64,000 nucleotides of DNA from Candidatus Poribacteria bacterium (GTDB lineage Bacteria > Poribacteria > WGA-4E > WGA-3G): contig OZ251518.1 in assembly GCA_965242965.1 (NCBI GenBank), forward strand, positions 2,400,001-2,464,000, written 5' to 3'. Below, one piece after another: positions 40,666-50,605 of this stretch. The position numbers and the translations under genes were made by a program. The notes under the pieces were generated by a model. That model made no database searches. It was not told where the DNA came from and saw only the letters and a list, made by a program, of their open reading frames with translations. The stretch's first letter is position 1, and every line of letters begins with the position of its first letter.

Positions 40666-40677
40666 CTAGAGAACTCC

Positions 40678-40781
40678 GTTCACATGGAGTCAGGGTGAAA
40701 GTTTAGAGGAGCTCTCATAGTCCAAACGGATAGAGCAAATTAAGGCACGCGCGCAGAAGGCATCTGATTTGTCATAAGTGA
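40678..40781 (+). pseudogene. remnant of the 3' end of the PAPS-reductase-family gene
   Basis: 40678-40710 is identical to 48406-48438; 40763-40781 is identical to 48580-48598; in-frame TAG and internal deletion. Confidence 0.85.
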
Positions 40782-40791
40782 AGGTGTTTAC

Positions 40792-41415
40792 GTGAAAATA
40801 GCTGAGTTTCAAGGAAGCGAAATAGTGGAGGTCCCGAAACACTCCGGTATTTACGCGTGGTATTATCGCCCACAAGCATCTGGAAACAACGTCTCTGGCA
40901 TCCTAGGACAGTTGATAAAGACTCCCTTTCGCGTGAAGACCGAAATTGCTATGCGATATCGGGTAATCTGGACAGCGGAGTCCGAAGCCGAGGTTCTCCA
41001 CGGTGCCGAACTCCACCCTGCAGACCAGGTTGTGGCAAAGATAGTTACCGATGGCGGCGAACTCATCAAATCCTTGCTTCAACAGGCGATGGTGCCTTAC
41101 TTTGCAACACCTCTCTATATCGGAATTTCCCGAGACTTATCTCGGCGGGTGAAGGAACACTACGATTCCTTGACGCAGCTCTGGGAAACAGATGCACCCG
41201 TAAGCAATTATCTTGAACAGAATCCCGATGCAGCGGTCGAAGAGGTTCTGAATCAGTTTGATTTAAACCATTCATTTCCGCTCAACGCAAGAGTCAAAGG
41301 AATAGCCCCGAGCGATCTGGTAGTCTGTGTTTTTCCTGTTGAGGATCAGGAAAAACTGCGAGACTTAGAACAAATTCTTCAGATTCTCGCCGATCCAATT
41401 TGTGGTAGGAGATAA
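40792..41415 (+). CDS. GIY-YIG-like nuclease
   Basis: PKHSGIYAWY ... LYIGISRDLSRRVKEH ... LE. Confidence 0.75.
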   Translation: MKIAEFQGSEIVEVPKHSGIYAWYYRPQASGNNVSGILGQLIKTPFRVKTEIAMRYRVIWTAESEAEVLHGAELHPADQVVAKIVTDGGELIKSLLQQAMVPYFATPLYIGISRDLSRRVKEHYDSLTQLWETDAPVSNYLEQNPDAAVEEVLNQFDLNHSFPLNARVKGIAPSDLVVCVFPVEDQEKLRDLEQILQILADPICGRR

Positions 41416-41419
41416 GCCG

Positions 41420-43717
41420 ATGTCAACCATGTTCAGTGTCGCCAAAAACCCCATTTTCGGATCTTTTGGGGAATTTACAATTGGTGACAACTCAAATACC
41501 CTTCGGGCCAGATACCTTCTCACGAAAATCAGGCCGGGGAACGATGGCACTTGGGAATGCGAGTTGGCATCCCAAATGAAGCCATGGCGCGAAGTCTTCA
41601 ATCTTGAACAGTTGAGTTCCGATGAACTTTTACAACGAGAACTGGACGATTCGCGCGTAGCGCATGACCTCATCCCCTATCTGCTCGGTGAATCCGGAGA
41701 TAGAGCAAAGTTCTTTCCGCCGATTCTCGCCGTAATCGTCCCGCGTAAGCAGGGTGGCTCTGGAATTGAAGGGTTTTATCCGGCTCGGGAGGCTCAAGGC
41801 GCATCGGTTGAGCATTACGGCAATCTGTTTGATTTTGAGCGAATTGAATGGGGAGGTGAACTTACCCCACTCGCGCGTCTCAACTATAATCGGCAACGCG
41901 CCGCGTTCATTATTGTTGACGGCCAACATCGCGCTATGGCTGTGCTCGCTCTGCACAGGCAGTTGAACCAGAACTGGGGAGATAACGCCTTCGCCGCTTA
42001 CTACGAACACATCAAGGTGACACCCGAACAAGTCAAAAGCATTGAATTGCCGACGTGTATCATCTATTTCCCAGAGCTACATGATGGGAATCCGCTGCCG
42101 CGACAACAAGGTATCAATTTAAACTCCGTTTGTCGGGAGGTATTCCTAGTCGTCAACCGAAGTGCCAAACGTGTGAGCGCGGTGCGCGAGTGCTTGCTAG
42201 ACGACGAGGATATCGCCGCACGCCTGATGCGCCGAACCCTCTCAACGCTGAAAAACCGCGGCGAAGAACAGGGTGACTTAGCCCGAATTTATTCAATTTC
42301 TTATGGCGATTCAGACACCGAAACCGGAGAAAAAGAGGTAGCCTCCCGGCGACTTGAATATAGCAGTGCCATTGCGATACATAAGAGCCACAGCGCGATC
42401 GCTTTCGGTGTTAACGAAGGGTTTAAGTTAAAAAATCCTCAGGACATTTCGGAACGGTGTAAAACCAAAAACATCAATCGTCCATCCGAAATCCTACTGG
42501 GAACGAGTGTGGAAGATTACCGAATCCTCGCGCGCAATTCAGGGAAAACACTCCCAACCGCCGAAGTCGACGTAGTCGTCGAAAAACTGGGGAACTTGGC
42601 AGACGCTGCTTTGGTGCGACTTTTCGACCAATTTCGTCCGTTTCAGGTTCATAATGCCGAACTCCGAAAATTGAGACTGCGGCTTTCAGATGTTCATCCT
42701 GATGCTCAGAGCGAACAGAAGAAAGCGTATACGCTGATTTTCGAGGGAAGCGAGGAGCGGAACGTCTTTGACTCACATTTCAGGCGGCTGAGTTATGAAT
42801 GTGAGCGCGAGGGGCAAACAGTCCCACCGCACCTCCTGAATCAGATAGATTTCTGCAAGTCTGTTAAGCAGGCACTCGGCGAGCACGAACGCGAATTCCA
42901 ACGCCGCCGCGCATGCAAATTCTTCGGAATAAACCGCGCCCTATTTGATAGTGACGATCATCGGGAAGACCGCGCATTTCTGAGTAACAAGGCACGAAAA
43001 CTCTTCCTAACCGTGTCAACCCAAGCGTTTCAGTTGGGCTATGCCATGGCGATTTTCACCGTCGTTGAAGAGTTGAAACGCGGGAGACCGGATGCCTCCC
43101 CTTTGCTGTATCACGACAGGCTGAAACTTGTCGAATTCGTGACAGAGGCATATCTCGCTGCGCTCAACACTTACTTTTCCCCCAAGGACGATACGGTTCA
43201 TCAGGGGCTTGCTGGCTACATCTGCGAGCCGCGGGCATCGGTTTTTGATGCAAATTCTCCGGGGCTTCGCGGGCTCTTGGCGATGAGCGTCAATGAACTG
43301 AACGAACGCCAATGGCGATTTTTCCGCTACGCCATTTTAGAGATTGTCCACTCGCCGTTCTGCTGGCATGCTGCTCAGAAAAAAATGAAGCAGATGGACT
43401 GCGAATGGGCACTAACGTGGTATAAAGAATCCATCCCCAAATTGGTGGAGGGTATTCTGTCCGAACGTGCAAAGTATGTTGAGGATGCGCTGGAAGCGGG
43501 CATCAAAAGTCGCGATTTTGAACTGCTGAAAATGCGCACGGAATCTGAAGCGAGAGATGTCGGCAAAAGCGAAGAACGCATCCGGCAACTTGTTGAAAAA
43601 CTTCAGCATTCCCATCGGACCACAGCAAAGCAAAACGCGCTTGACCACCTCAAGGCAAGTTTAGAAACCGTTGAATCCAAATCGGAGATGATCCGACGTT
43701 TACGCGATAACTTTTAG
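41420..43717 (+). CDS. large DGQHR-domain (DndB/ParB-like) protein
   Basis: LLQRELDDSRV, FFPPIL, IVDGQHR, EVFLVVNRSAK. Confidence 0.8.
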   Translation: MSTMFSVAKNPIFGSFGEFTIGDNSNTLRARYLLTKIRPGNDGTWECELASQMKPWREVFNLEQLSSDELLQRELDDSRVAHDLIPYLLGESGDRAKFFPPILAVIVPRKQGGSGIEGFYPAREAQGASVEHYGNLFDFERIEWGGELTPLARLNYNRQRAAFIIVDGQHRAMAVLALHRQLNQNWGDNAFAAYYEHIKVTPEQVKSIELPTCIIYFPELHDGNPLPRQQGINLNSVCREVFLVVNRSAKRVSAVRECLLDDEDIAARLMRRTLSTLKNRGEEQGDLARIYSISYGDSDTETGEKEVASRRLEYSSAIAIHKSHSAIAFGVNEGFKLKNPQDISERCKTKNINRPSEILLGTSVEDYRILARNSGKTLPTAEVDVVVEKLGNLADAALVRLFDQFRPFQVHNAELRKLRLRLSDVHPDAQSEQKKAYTLIFEGSEERNVFDSHFRRLSYECEREGQTVPPHLLNQIDFCKSVKQALGEHEREFQRRRACKFFGINRALFDSDDHREDRAFLSNKARKLFLTVSTQAFQLGYAMAIFTVVEELKRGRPDASPLLYHDRLKLVEFVTEAYLAALNTYFSPKDDTVHQGLAGYICEPRASVFDANSPGLRGLLAMSVNELNERQWRFFRYAILEIVHSPFCWHAAQKKMKQMDCEWALTWYKESIPKLVEGILSERAKYVEDALEAGIKSRDFELLKMRTESEARDVGKSEERIRQLVEKLQHSHRTTAKQNALDHLKASLETVESKSEMIRRLRDNF

Positions 43718-43787
43718 ATGCCTGTCTTCGCGCAGCTCCTATAACTTGACAAGCACTTTTGAAAATGGCAATTTTACTGGAAGTATC

Positions 43788-46700
43788 ATGAACAACATAT
43801 CTTTGTCCGACATTTTTAGCGTTAACAGGCGTTTTCAGCGTTCGGTTCATCTGGAACGCGATTTCTATACCGAAAATGCCCTAGACGGTTACATCATAAC
43901 AAACACCGTTCGCGATACATTATCACGCGTCATTTACGCGCTTGAGCAGCGCGCAACATCAAAAGCGTGGTCTCTCACTGGCCCCTATGGTTCTGGGAAA
44001 TCCGCGTTCGCGCTTTTCACTACGAAGTTGCTCGGTGATTCTGCTGCACCGACAACCCAACAGGCTTCGCAACTGCTCAAACAAGCGGACGCAGCATTAT
44101 ACCAGCAATTCATTAAAGCAAAAGGAAAAGGTCGGTTGTCTCCCGGTTTCTGTCCTATCCTCATAACGGGAGAACGTGCCCCCATTACGCTTGCTCTCCT
44201 GCGCGGTTTGGAACAGGGACTTACTTCTTTCAATCGAACGCTGTTCTCCGATTTGCTTCTTCAGGATGTCAAAAACCTGCTGCAAACAGCAGACAAAGGC
44301 TCTCTTCCGCGCGCTTCTGAGATTACAGCCCTTTTTGAAACGGCGACACGGCAAATCTGTGCAGATGGAGGTTCAGGGATATTGCTGGTAATTGATGAAC
44401 TTGGGAAGTTCATTGAATATGCGGTGCAGCACCCGGATCGCGGAGACGCATTTGTCCTCCAAAGTCTCGCCGAATTTGCCTCGCGCAGCGGAAAAACCCC
44501 GCTGTTGCTATTGACAATTCTCCATCAGGCTTTTGAACAGTATGCACAGCGGGCCGCGAAATCCCAACGCGAAGAATGGGCAAAAGTGCAAGGACGGTTT
44601 GAGGATGCCATCTTTGCGGATTCCACCGAGCAGGTCCTCCGGCTCATCGGCGAAGCATTAACAACCCGTTCGGAACTCGTTCCAAAAACCAACTTCGCGA
44701 TTGCGGTTGACTTGGAACTCAAACCGCGGCAACTTGACGAGCACGAATTTATTCAACTGCTGGAAAGGTGTCTCCCCCTTCACCCGACAGTGGCACTCCT
44801 AATCGGTTCCCTTTTCCGGCGGTTTGCACAGAATGAACGTTCCTTATTCGCGTTCCTCGGTTCAAATGAACCCCACGGGCTCCAAGATTTTCTTTTGAAC
44901 CAATTTTACGATGGACGCGCGCTGCCGCTGTTTTCATTGGCGAATCTGTATGACTACATCAATACCGCGCTAGGAAATCGGCTGTATGAGTCGCGCGATA
45001 GCAAGAAATGGTCAGAAATTGAATCGGCAATTCAGCGTCTGCCAGATCCGTCTCCGATGACAGTCAGCCTGATTAAGACTATCGGTTTGCTCAATGCTGT
45101 GGGAGAGGTGAGCCGGAATCTGAAAGCCTCAGATCAGGTGCTCCGTTATGCGTTAGACGATGGCACGGCAGAATTCGCCGAGGAATTTACAGATGCGCTG
45201 GAGACGTTAGAAAAACGGTCTATTGTCACCTACCGCCGTTACAACGATGCGTATGCTCTCTGGGAAGGGAGCGACATTGACATTGAGACTAAACTCCGCG
45301 AAGCGTCAAAACATGTCAATCCGAATCTGCGAGTGGCAAAAGACCTGGAGAGACTTCTTCCCCAGCGGCCGCTTATCGCCAAACGGCACCTATTTCAGAC
45401 TGGCACCACGCGCTACTTCAACGTTCAGTATTCAGAACTTGAAACCTTTGAGGCGGATTTGCGCGCACCACTCGATGATGCAGATGGCCTTGTCCTCTAC
45501 GCATTGCCCGAAGATGAACTTGAAGTGGCGCAGCTCGTCGAAAAGGCATCCGCGGCGGAAGCCGCAAACCGAAAAGAGGTCTTGGTTGCCATTCCGCGCT
45601 CCATCGGTTTTTTGCGGGATGCTGTCCTTGAGTTGGCCCACCTGCGCTGGATCGCAGAAAACACCCCAAAGTTGAAAGGCGATGCAACCGCAAGACATGA
45701 ACTCTTATCGCGGTTAACCGTAGCGGAACATGATGTGGCTTCGCGCTTGGAGGCAATCTTTGGCGAGCACAGCGAGAAGACTTGCATCTGGTACCACAAG
45801 GGACGACCGGTGCAGATTGACTCGCAACGCGCGAGAAACGCCTATCTGTCAACTATCTGCGATGAGGTTTACGACGAAACTCCTATCCTGCAGAACGAAC
45901 TGATCAATCGGCATAAAATATCTGGTTCAGTGACAACCGCCAGACGAAAACTGATTCAGGCGATGCTTGAAAATGGAGGCGAGGAGAAACTCGGCATCAC
46001 CCGCTATCCACCAGAAATAACGATTTACGTTTCCATGTTGTCAACTACAAGTATTCACCGTCCAGTTTCGGGAGTGTGGGGATTTCACCCACCTGAACCT
46101 TCCGATAAAAACAGAATGGGCCCCACGTGGAAAGCGATTGAAACGTTCCTTGGCGAATGTGAAGTCGCGCGACAACCTGTCGTGAAACTCTACGAACGCT
46201 TGTCCGCACCACCACTAGGCGTGCGAAGCGGGCCGCTACCTATTCTGTTATGCGCCGCGATGCTCCACTACAAAACAGAAATCGCGCTCTACGAAGACGG
46301 TTCCTTTGTCGCCGACGTTTCAATGCCGGTTTTTGAACGCCTGATTAAGGCACCGGAGAAATTTGAATTAAAGCGGTTTCGGTTGGCAGGAGTCAGGACA
46401 GACGTGCTTTCGCAATTGGGGGGAGTGCTCAAACAACCAGCAGCGGCAGACACGCCAGACCTGCTAACGATAGTGACACCCCTTATGCGTTTCATTGCTG
46501 AACTCCCAAAGTATACGTTGTTAACGCAAACGTTGAGTGAGGAAGCGAAAAATCTCCGCAAAACCGTACTGGATGCACGCGAACCCGACATGCTCATCTT
46601 TGAGCAGCTCCCCGAAGCCATGGGGTGCCCTCCTTTTCGCATTGACGCAACATCCGATGCAAACGCCATTGATACCTTCTTCAAAAAGCTGCAAGACGCA

Positions 46701-47282
46701 TTGGCAGAAATAGGCGGGGCTTACGATATCCTGCTGAACTCCATTGAGCAACTCCTCGTCTCGGCGTTTGCTTTAAAACAGACGAACGAGGAACTTCGCA
46801 GGGAGTTGGCTGACAGAGCTGAATCCCTGTTGGCAGTAACGGTTGAGACGCGGCTCAAGGGATTCTTAATTCGCGCCTGCGACCTCGGTTTGGATTTCAC
46901 CGGCTGGCTTGAGGCGATCGCCACCTTCCTCGCCAACAAACCGCCGAGTTCGTGGAACGACACGGACAAGGCTCAATTTGAGGTGAACCTCTCCGAATTG
47001 GCGCGGAAGTTCCATCATTTTGAAGCGGTGTCTTACGAAAATCGCTCCCACGTCGAACAACCGTCGGCCGGTGAGTCCATTCGGATTGGCATCACCAGAG
47101 CGAATCAACGCGAGCAAGAACGGGTTGTCGCTTTGCCATCACCAACCGAGGAACAGGCTGCCAAACTTGAGCACGCGATTGAGGAGGTTTTTGAGAAATT
47201 CGGGATCGCTGAAAACACCGAACATTGCCTCGCTGTCATCGCGCGATTATCAGAAAAATTGATGCAACAACTAGAAAATTGA
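43788..47282 (+). CDS. large P-loop ATPase, SspC/BrxC-like
   Basis: RFQRSVHLERD, Walker A GPYGSGKS, Walker B LLVIDELGKFIEY, EWAKVQGRF, PLHP, QNERSLFAFL. Confidence 0.75.
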   Translation: MNNISLSDIFSVNRRFQRSVHLERDFYTENALDGYIITNTVRDTLSRVIYALEQRATSKAWSLTGPYGSGKSAFALFTTKLLGDSAAPTTQQASQLLKQADAALYQQFIKAKGKGRLSPGFCPILITGERAPITLALLRGLEQGLTSFNRTLFSDLLLQDVKNLLQTADKGSLPRASEITALFETATRQICADGGSGILLVIDELGKFIEYAVQHPDRGDAFVLQSLAEFASRSGKTPLLLLTILHQAFEQYAQRAAKSQREEWAKVQGRFEDAIFADSTEQVLRLIGEALTTRSELVPKTNFAIAVDLELKPRQLDEHEFIQLLERCLPLHPTVALLIGSLFRRFAQNERSLFAFLGSNEPHGLQDFLLNQFYDGRALPLFSLANLYDYINTALGNRLYESRDSKKWSEIESAIQRLPDPSPMTVSLIKTIGLLNAVGEVSRNLKASDQVLRYALDDGTAEFAEEFTDALETLEKRSIVTYRRYNDAYALWEGSDIDIETKLREASKHVNPNLRVAKDLERLLPQRPLIAKRHLFQTGTTRYFNVQYSELETFEADLRAPLDDADGLVLYALPEDELEVAQLVEKASAAEAANRKEVLVAIPRSIGFLRDAVLELAHLRWIAENTPKLKGDATARHELLSRLTVAEHDVASRLEAIFGEHSEKTCIWYHKGRPVQIDSQRARNAYLSTICDEVYDETPILQNELINRHKISGSVTTARRKLIQAMLENGGEEKLGITRYPPEITIYVSMLSTTSIHRPVSGVWGFHPPEPSDKNRMGPTWKAIETFLGECEVARQPVVKLYERLSAPPLGVRSGPLPILLCAAMLHYKTEIALYEDGSFVADVSMPVFERLIKAPEKFELKRFRLAGVRTDVLSQLGGVLKQPAAADTPDLLTIVTPLMRFIAELPKYTLLTQTLSEEAKNLRKTVLDAREPDMLIFEQLPEAMGCPPFRIDATSDANAIDTFFKKLQDALAEIGGAYDILLNSIEQLLVSAFALKQTNEELRRELADRAESLLAVTVETRLKGFLIRACDLGLDFTGWLEAIATFLANKPPSSWNDTDKAQFEVNLSELARKFHHFEAVSYENRSHVEQPSAGESIRIGITRANQREQERVVALPSPTEEQAAKLEHAIEEVFEKFGIAENTEHCLAVIARLSEKLMQQLEN

Positions 47283-47464
47283 CATGACTAGATCGTAGGA
47301 AGGGAGTTCGTGTGGTTAATCTGGCAAGGGGTTTCCTTGTCGCAGATAGGAAACCTCTTCCGGTCCGTAAGTCCTAAAGAGATGTTTTCCCACAATGCGC
47401 CGTTTCCGATGCTTTCTGAAATGTTGCAAAAACCGTGGAATCTGACATCACAACAAATTTTAAT

Positions 47465-47559
47465 TTGACATTTTGCTGAAAATGTAGTATAATTAAAATA
47501 GCAATAAAATCTATAGCAAACGTTTTTTGTTTGCAAATTTTGGATTTTTATGGTATACT
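47465..47559 (+). promoter_or_regulatory. two tandem sigma70 promoters upstream of the PAPS reductase-like gene
   Basis: TTGACA-N17-TATAAT (47465-47493) and TTGCAA-N17-TATACT (47531-47559). Confidence 0.7.
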
Positions 47560-47779
47560 ATACGAAACGTTGTTAATTGCGTTGGTTCGTGAACGGCTGC
47601 AGCATTGAGGCAGCACTCGGATTCATCGCAGCGAATGAAGTCGCGCGGCGGTTTTGAGAAATTACGCACAATTTTCATTCGCGTTAAAACACGTAGTTCA
47701 AAGGTGGAGGCAGTCAATTTGCAGATTCGGCACTGCAACTCCGTAAAGCCTATTTTATAGTAGCCAACAGGAGCAAAGC

Positions 47780-48598
47780 ATGGAAGAAAAAATACGCCAT
47801 CTCCTCGGCCTCTCCGGAGGCAAAGACAGTTCAGCGCTCGCCGTTTATATGCGAGACCGCGTGCCGCAGATGGAATACTTTTTCTGCGACACCGGGAAGG
47901 AACTGCCAGAGACTTACGAGTTTCTGGATCGGTTAGAGGCATTCCTCGGCAAACCGATCGCGCGCCTCAATGTAGAACGTGACTTCGATCATTGGCTCAC
48001 GCTCTACGGCGGCCTGCTGCCATCGTCGCAAGTTCGGTGGTGCACCTATAACCTCAAGATTAAGCCGTTTGAGGAATACGTAGGCGAGGACAAAGCGTAT
48101 CACTACATCGCGATTCGCGCCGACGAAGATCGCGTTGGCTATAAACCGCCGAAAACAACCGCGCTCCGAAGCATCGAACCCAAGTATCCTTTCAAGGATG
48201 ATGGCATCACCAAAGAGGATGTCTTCCGCATCTTGGAGGAAAACGGGATCGGTTTACCCGCCTATTACGATTGGCGGACGCGCTCCGGGTGCTACTTCTG
48301 CTTTTTCCAACGCAAAGCAGAATGGGTGGGGCTATTGGAAAAGCATCCTGACCTTTTTGAACTCGCCAAGGGTTATGAAAAATTCGACCCGGATACGGGC
48401 GAACGGTTCACATGGAGTCAGGGTGAAAGTTTAGAGGAACTCTCGGAACCTGAACGGATAGAGCAGATTAAGGCACGCGCGGAGAAGGCTACTGCCGCTA
48501 AGAAAACGGCGCGTCCCAATCGCCGCCTCATCGATATCCTCACCGATGTCCATGATGATGAGGATGACGATGAGCCTTGTCTGATTTGTCATAAGTGA
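47780..48598 (+). CDS. PAPS reductase family protein, SspD/DndC-like
   Basis: PP-loop SGGKDS, DTGKE, RWCT..LKI.PF, IRADE, RSGCYFCFFQ, C-terminal CLICHK. Confidence 0.85.
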   Translation: MEEKIRHLLGLSGGKDSSALAVYMRDRVPQMEYFFCDTGKELPETYEFLDRLEAFLGKPIARLNVERDFDHWLTLYGGLLPSSQVRWCTYNLKIKPFEEYVGEDKAYHYIAIRADEDRVGYKPPKTTALRSIEPKYPFKDDGITKEDVFRILEENGIGLPAYYDWRTRSGCYFCFFQRKAEWVGLLEKHPDLFELAKGYEKFDPDTGERFTWSQGESLEELSEPERIEQIKARAEKATAAKKTARPNRRLIDILTDVHDDEDDDEPCLICHK

Positions 48599-48614
48599 GA
48601 CTTAGAGGTTCCTA

Positions 48615-49499
48615 ATGGATCGGGAAACACTTCTCGAAAAATTCACAAATCTCCGGCAATGGAACAGGGGTGCGGAGAGAGCACCGCATAAACCCTTGCT
48701 AATCATATACGCCATCGGCAAATTGCTGCGAGGTGAGGGCCGACTGACTCCATTTGCCGAAGCAGACGTGGACGTTGGAAAATTATTGCGGGAGTTCGGC
48801 GGGCGACAATCAAAACAGGGAACCCAGTATCCTTTTTGGCGGTTGCGCAACGATAGCATCTGGGAAGTAACCGATGCAGCCCTGATGTCCCCCAACTCCA
48901 GTGGGGACGTGAGAAAAAGCGAACTCCTCAATCTTAACGTTGCTGGTGGTTTTCACGAAGCCATTGCTGAACAACTCCAAAATGACACAAGTCTAGCTTT
49001 TGAAATAATTCATAAGCTGTTAGACATGCATTTTTGTGATGGAATGCATAGTGACATTTTGCAAGCCGCTGGCATTGAACTGCCCATCAAGGTTTTTGAA
49101 ACCAAGATGCGAACATCCAACTTCCGAGAAAAAGTCCTGAGAGCCTACGAATACAGATGTGCTGTCTGCGGTTTCGATGTGAAATTAGGAATACTTCCTC
49201 TCGCGTTGGAGGCCGCTCATATCAAATGGCAAGCGTTCGGCGGTCCTAATGAAGAGGTGAATGGACTGGCTCTTTGCGTCCTGCATCATAAGTTATTTGA
49301 CCGTGGGGCTTACACTTTGTCGCCCCAATGGGAAGTCCTGATATCAGATGATGCACACGGGTCTGTTGGTTTTGAGGAATGGCTGATGCGGTTCCACGGT
49401 AAACCAATTAACTTTCCGCAACGGCAGTCCTACTATCCGGGTGCAGATTTCATCAGTTGGCACGTCAACGAGGTGTTCCAAGGGGATTACCGGGAATAA
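48615..49499 (+). CDS. SBD-HNH endonuclease (phosphorothioated-DNA-binding restriction endonuclease type)
   Basis: N-terminal APHKPLL and QYPFWRL sulfur-binding-domain motifs; C-terminal CAVCG, EAAHIK, NGLALCVLHHKLFDRG. Confidence 0.8.
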   Translation: MDRETLLEKFTNLRQWNRGAERAPHKPLLIIYAIGKLLRGEGRLTPFAEADVDVGKLLREFGGRQSKQGTQYPFWRLRNDSIWEVTDAALMSPNSSGDVRKSELLNLNVAGGFHEAIAEQLQNDTSLAFEIIHKLLDMHFCDGMHSDILQAAGIELPIKVFETKMRTSNFREKVLRAYEYRCAVCGFDVKLGILPLALEAAHIKWQAFGGPNEEVNGLALCVLHHKLFDRGAYTLSPQWEVLISDDAHGSVGFEEWLMRFHGKPINFPQRQSYYPGADFISWHVNEVFQGDYRE

Positions 49500-49549
49500 T
49501 CCACTGAGCACACTTCATCCACAGTCAAAGTGTGTTAAGGATAAAAATC

Positions 49550-50521
49550 ATGGCAAATGTTCAGACTTACTTCAACAAGTTTCATGATACCATCAGAAGA
49601 AGCTATAACGACAATAGCATTCTGAGGGATAAGAGGGATCTGCTTTTACGGGATCTACAAGAAGGGCTGCGGAGGTACGCCTTGGCCTCTGGCATCAAAA
49701 TCCCGAGATACGAGCACTTCAATCAGGGCAGTTACGCGATGGATACCGGGATTGAACCGCTCTCCGGCGAGGATTATGATATTGATGTCGGCTTGACTTT
49801 TCATATATCAGCGTCGACCTATTCCCCCGTTGAGGTCAAGCAGTGGGTTTACGAAGCCTTGAACTCCGGGAACAGAACGGTGGAGTACAAACGTCCTTGC
49901 GTGAGGGTCCAATATCATCGGAAAGGGGAGGAAATCTACCACGTTGATTTTGCTGTCTATTCCGGAAAGGCCTATAATTGGGACAATCAGACCTATCTAG
50001 CAAAAGGCTTTTTGGGATCTGCCCCCGAAAACCAGGTCTGGGAAATTTCAGAACCGCATGGACTACTGGAAGCATTTCAGCAGAAATTTCCGAACGAAGG
50101 AGATCGAAATCAGTTTCGGCGAGTTATCCGATTCCTGAAGCGGTGGAAAGACGTGAATTTCACTGCGGAAGGAAACGCGCGTCCCACCGGGATTGCGCTG
50201 ACAGCGTGCGCCATGAATTGGTTTCAGCGTGGACTGGTTTATCGGGCTGCTGTTGGCACCAATTATGATGACTTAACAGCACTCAGGAACCTTGCTGAGT
50301 CAATCCTAAGTCAGTTTGATTTTGGGAATCGGATAAGTGTCAGACTACCTGTTCCACCACACAATGATCTGTTTGAGAAATTGAGCAACAAACAGATGGC
50401 AAACCTTGAAAGCAAACTTGCGGTACTCGTGACTTCCTTAACTCGGGCGCAAGAAGAATCTTCCTATGTTTCAGCATGCCGCATTCTACATCGCCTTTTC
50501 GGAGATGACTTTCTACCGTGA
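49550..50521 (+). CDS. cGAS/DncV-like nucleotidyltransferase (CD-NTase/SMODS) 1
   Basis: QGSYAMDT, DYDIDVG, KRPCVRV, HVDFAVY, IRFLKRWK, FGDDF. Confidence 0.85.
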   Translation: MANVQTYFNKFHDTIRRSYNDNSILRDKRDLLLRDLQEGLRRYALASGIKIPRYEHFNQGSYAMDTGIEPLSGEDYDIDVGLTFHISASTYSPVEVKQWVYEALNSGNRTVEYKRPCVRVQYHRKGEEIYHVDFAVYSGKAYNWDNQTYLAKGFLGSAPENQVWEISEPHGLLEAFQQKFPNEGDRNQFRRVIRFLKRWKDVNFTAEGNARPTGIALTACAMNWFQRGLVYRAAVGTNYDDLTALRNLAESILSQFDFGNRISVRLPVPPHNDLFEKLSNKQMANLESKLAVLVTSLTRAQEESSYVSACRILHRLFGDDFLP

Positions 50522-50605
50522 TAACCGGAACCAGCCGAATTTGGACAAGACTCGCGTAGTTTTTATAACGCTATGTTTTTCCATAACTAGAGAAGGTTAG
50601 TCAAA

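Noticed and set aside
43746-48598. Calling the ATPase/PAPS reductase pair a complete BREX type 4 or Dnd system
   Set aside because: No PglZ, BrxL, DUF4007, DndD or DndE recognisable in the window
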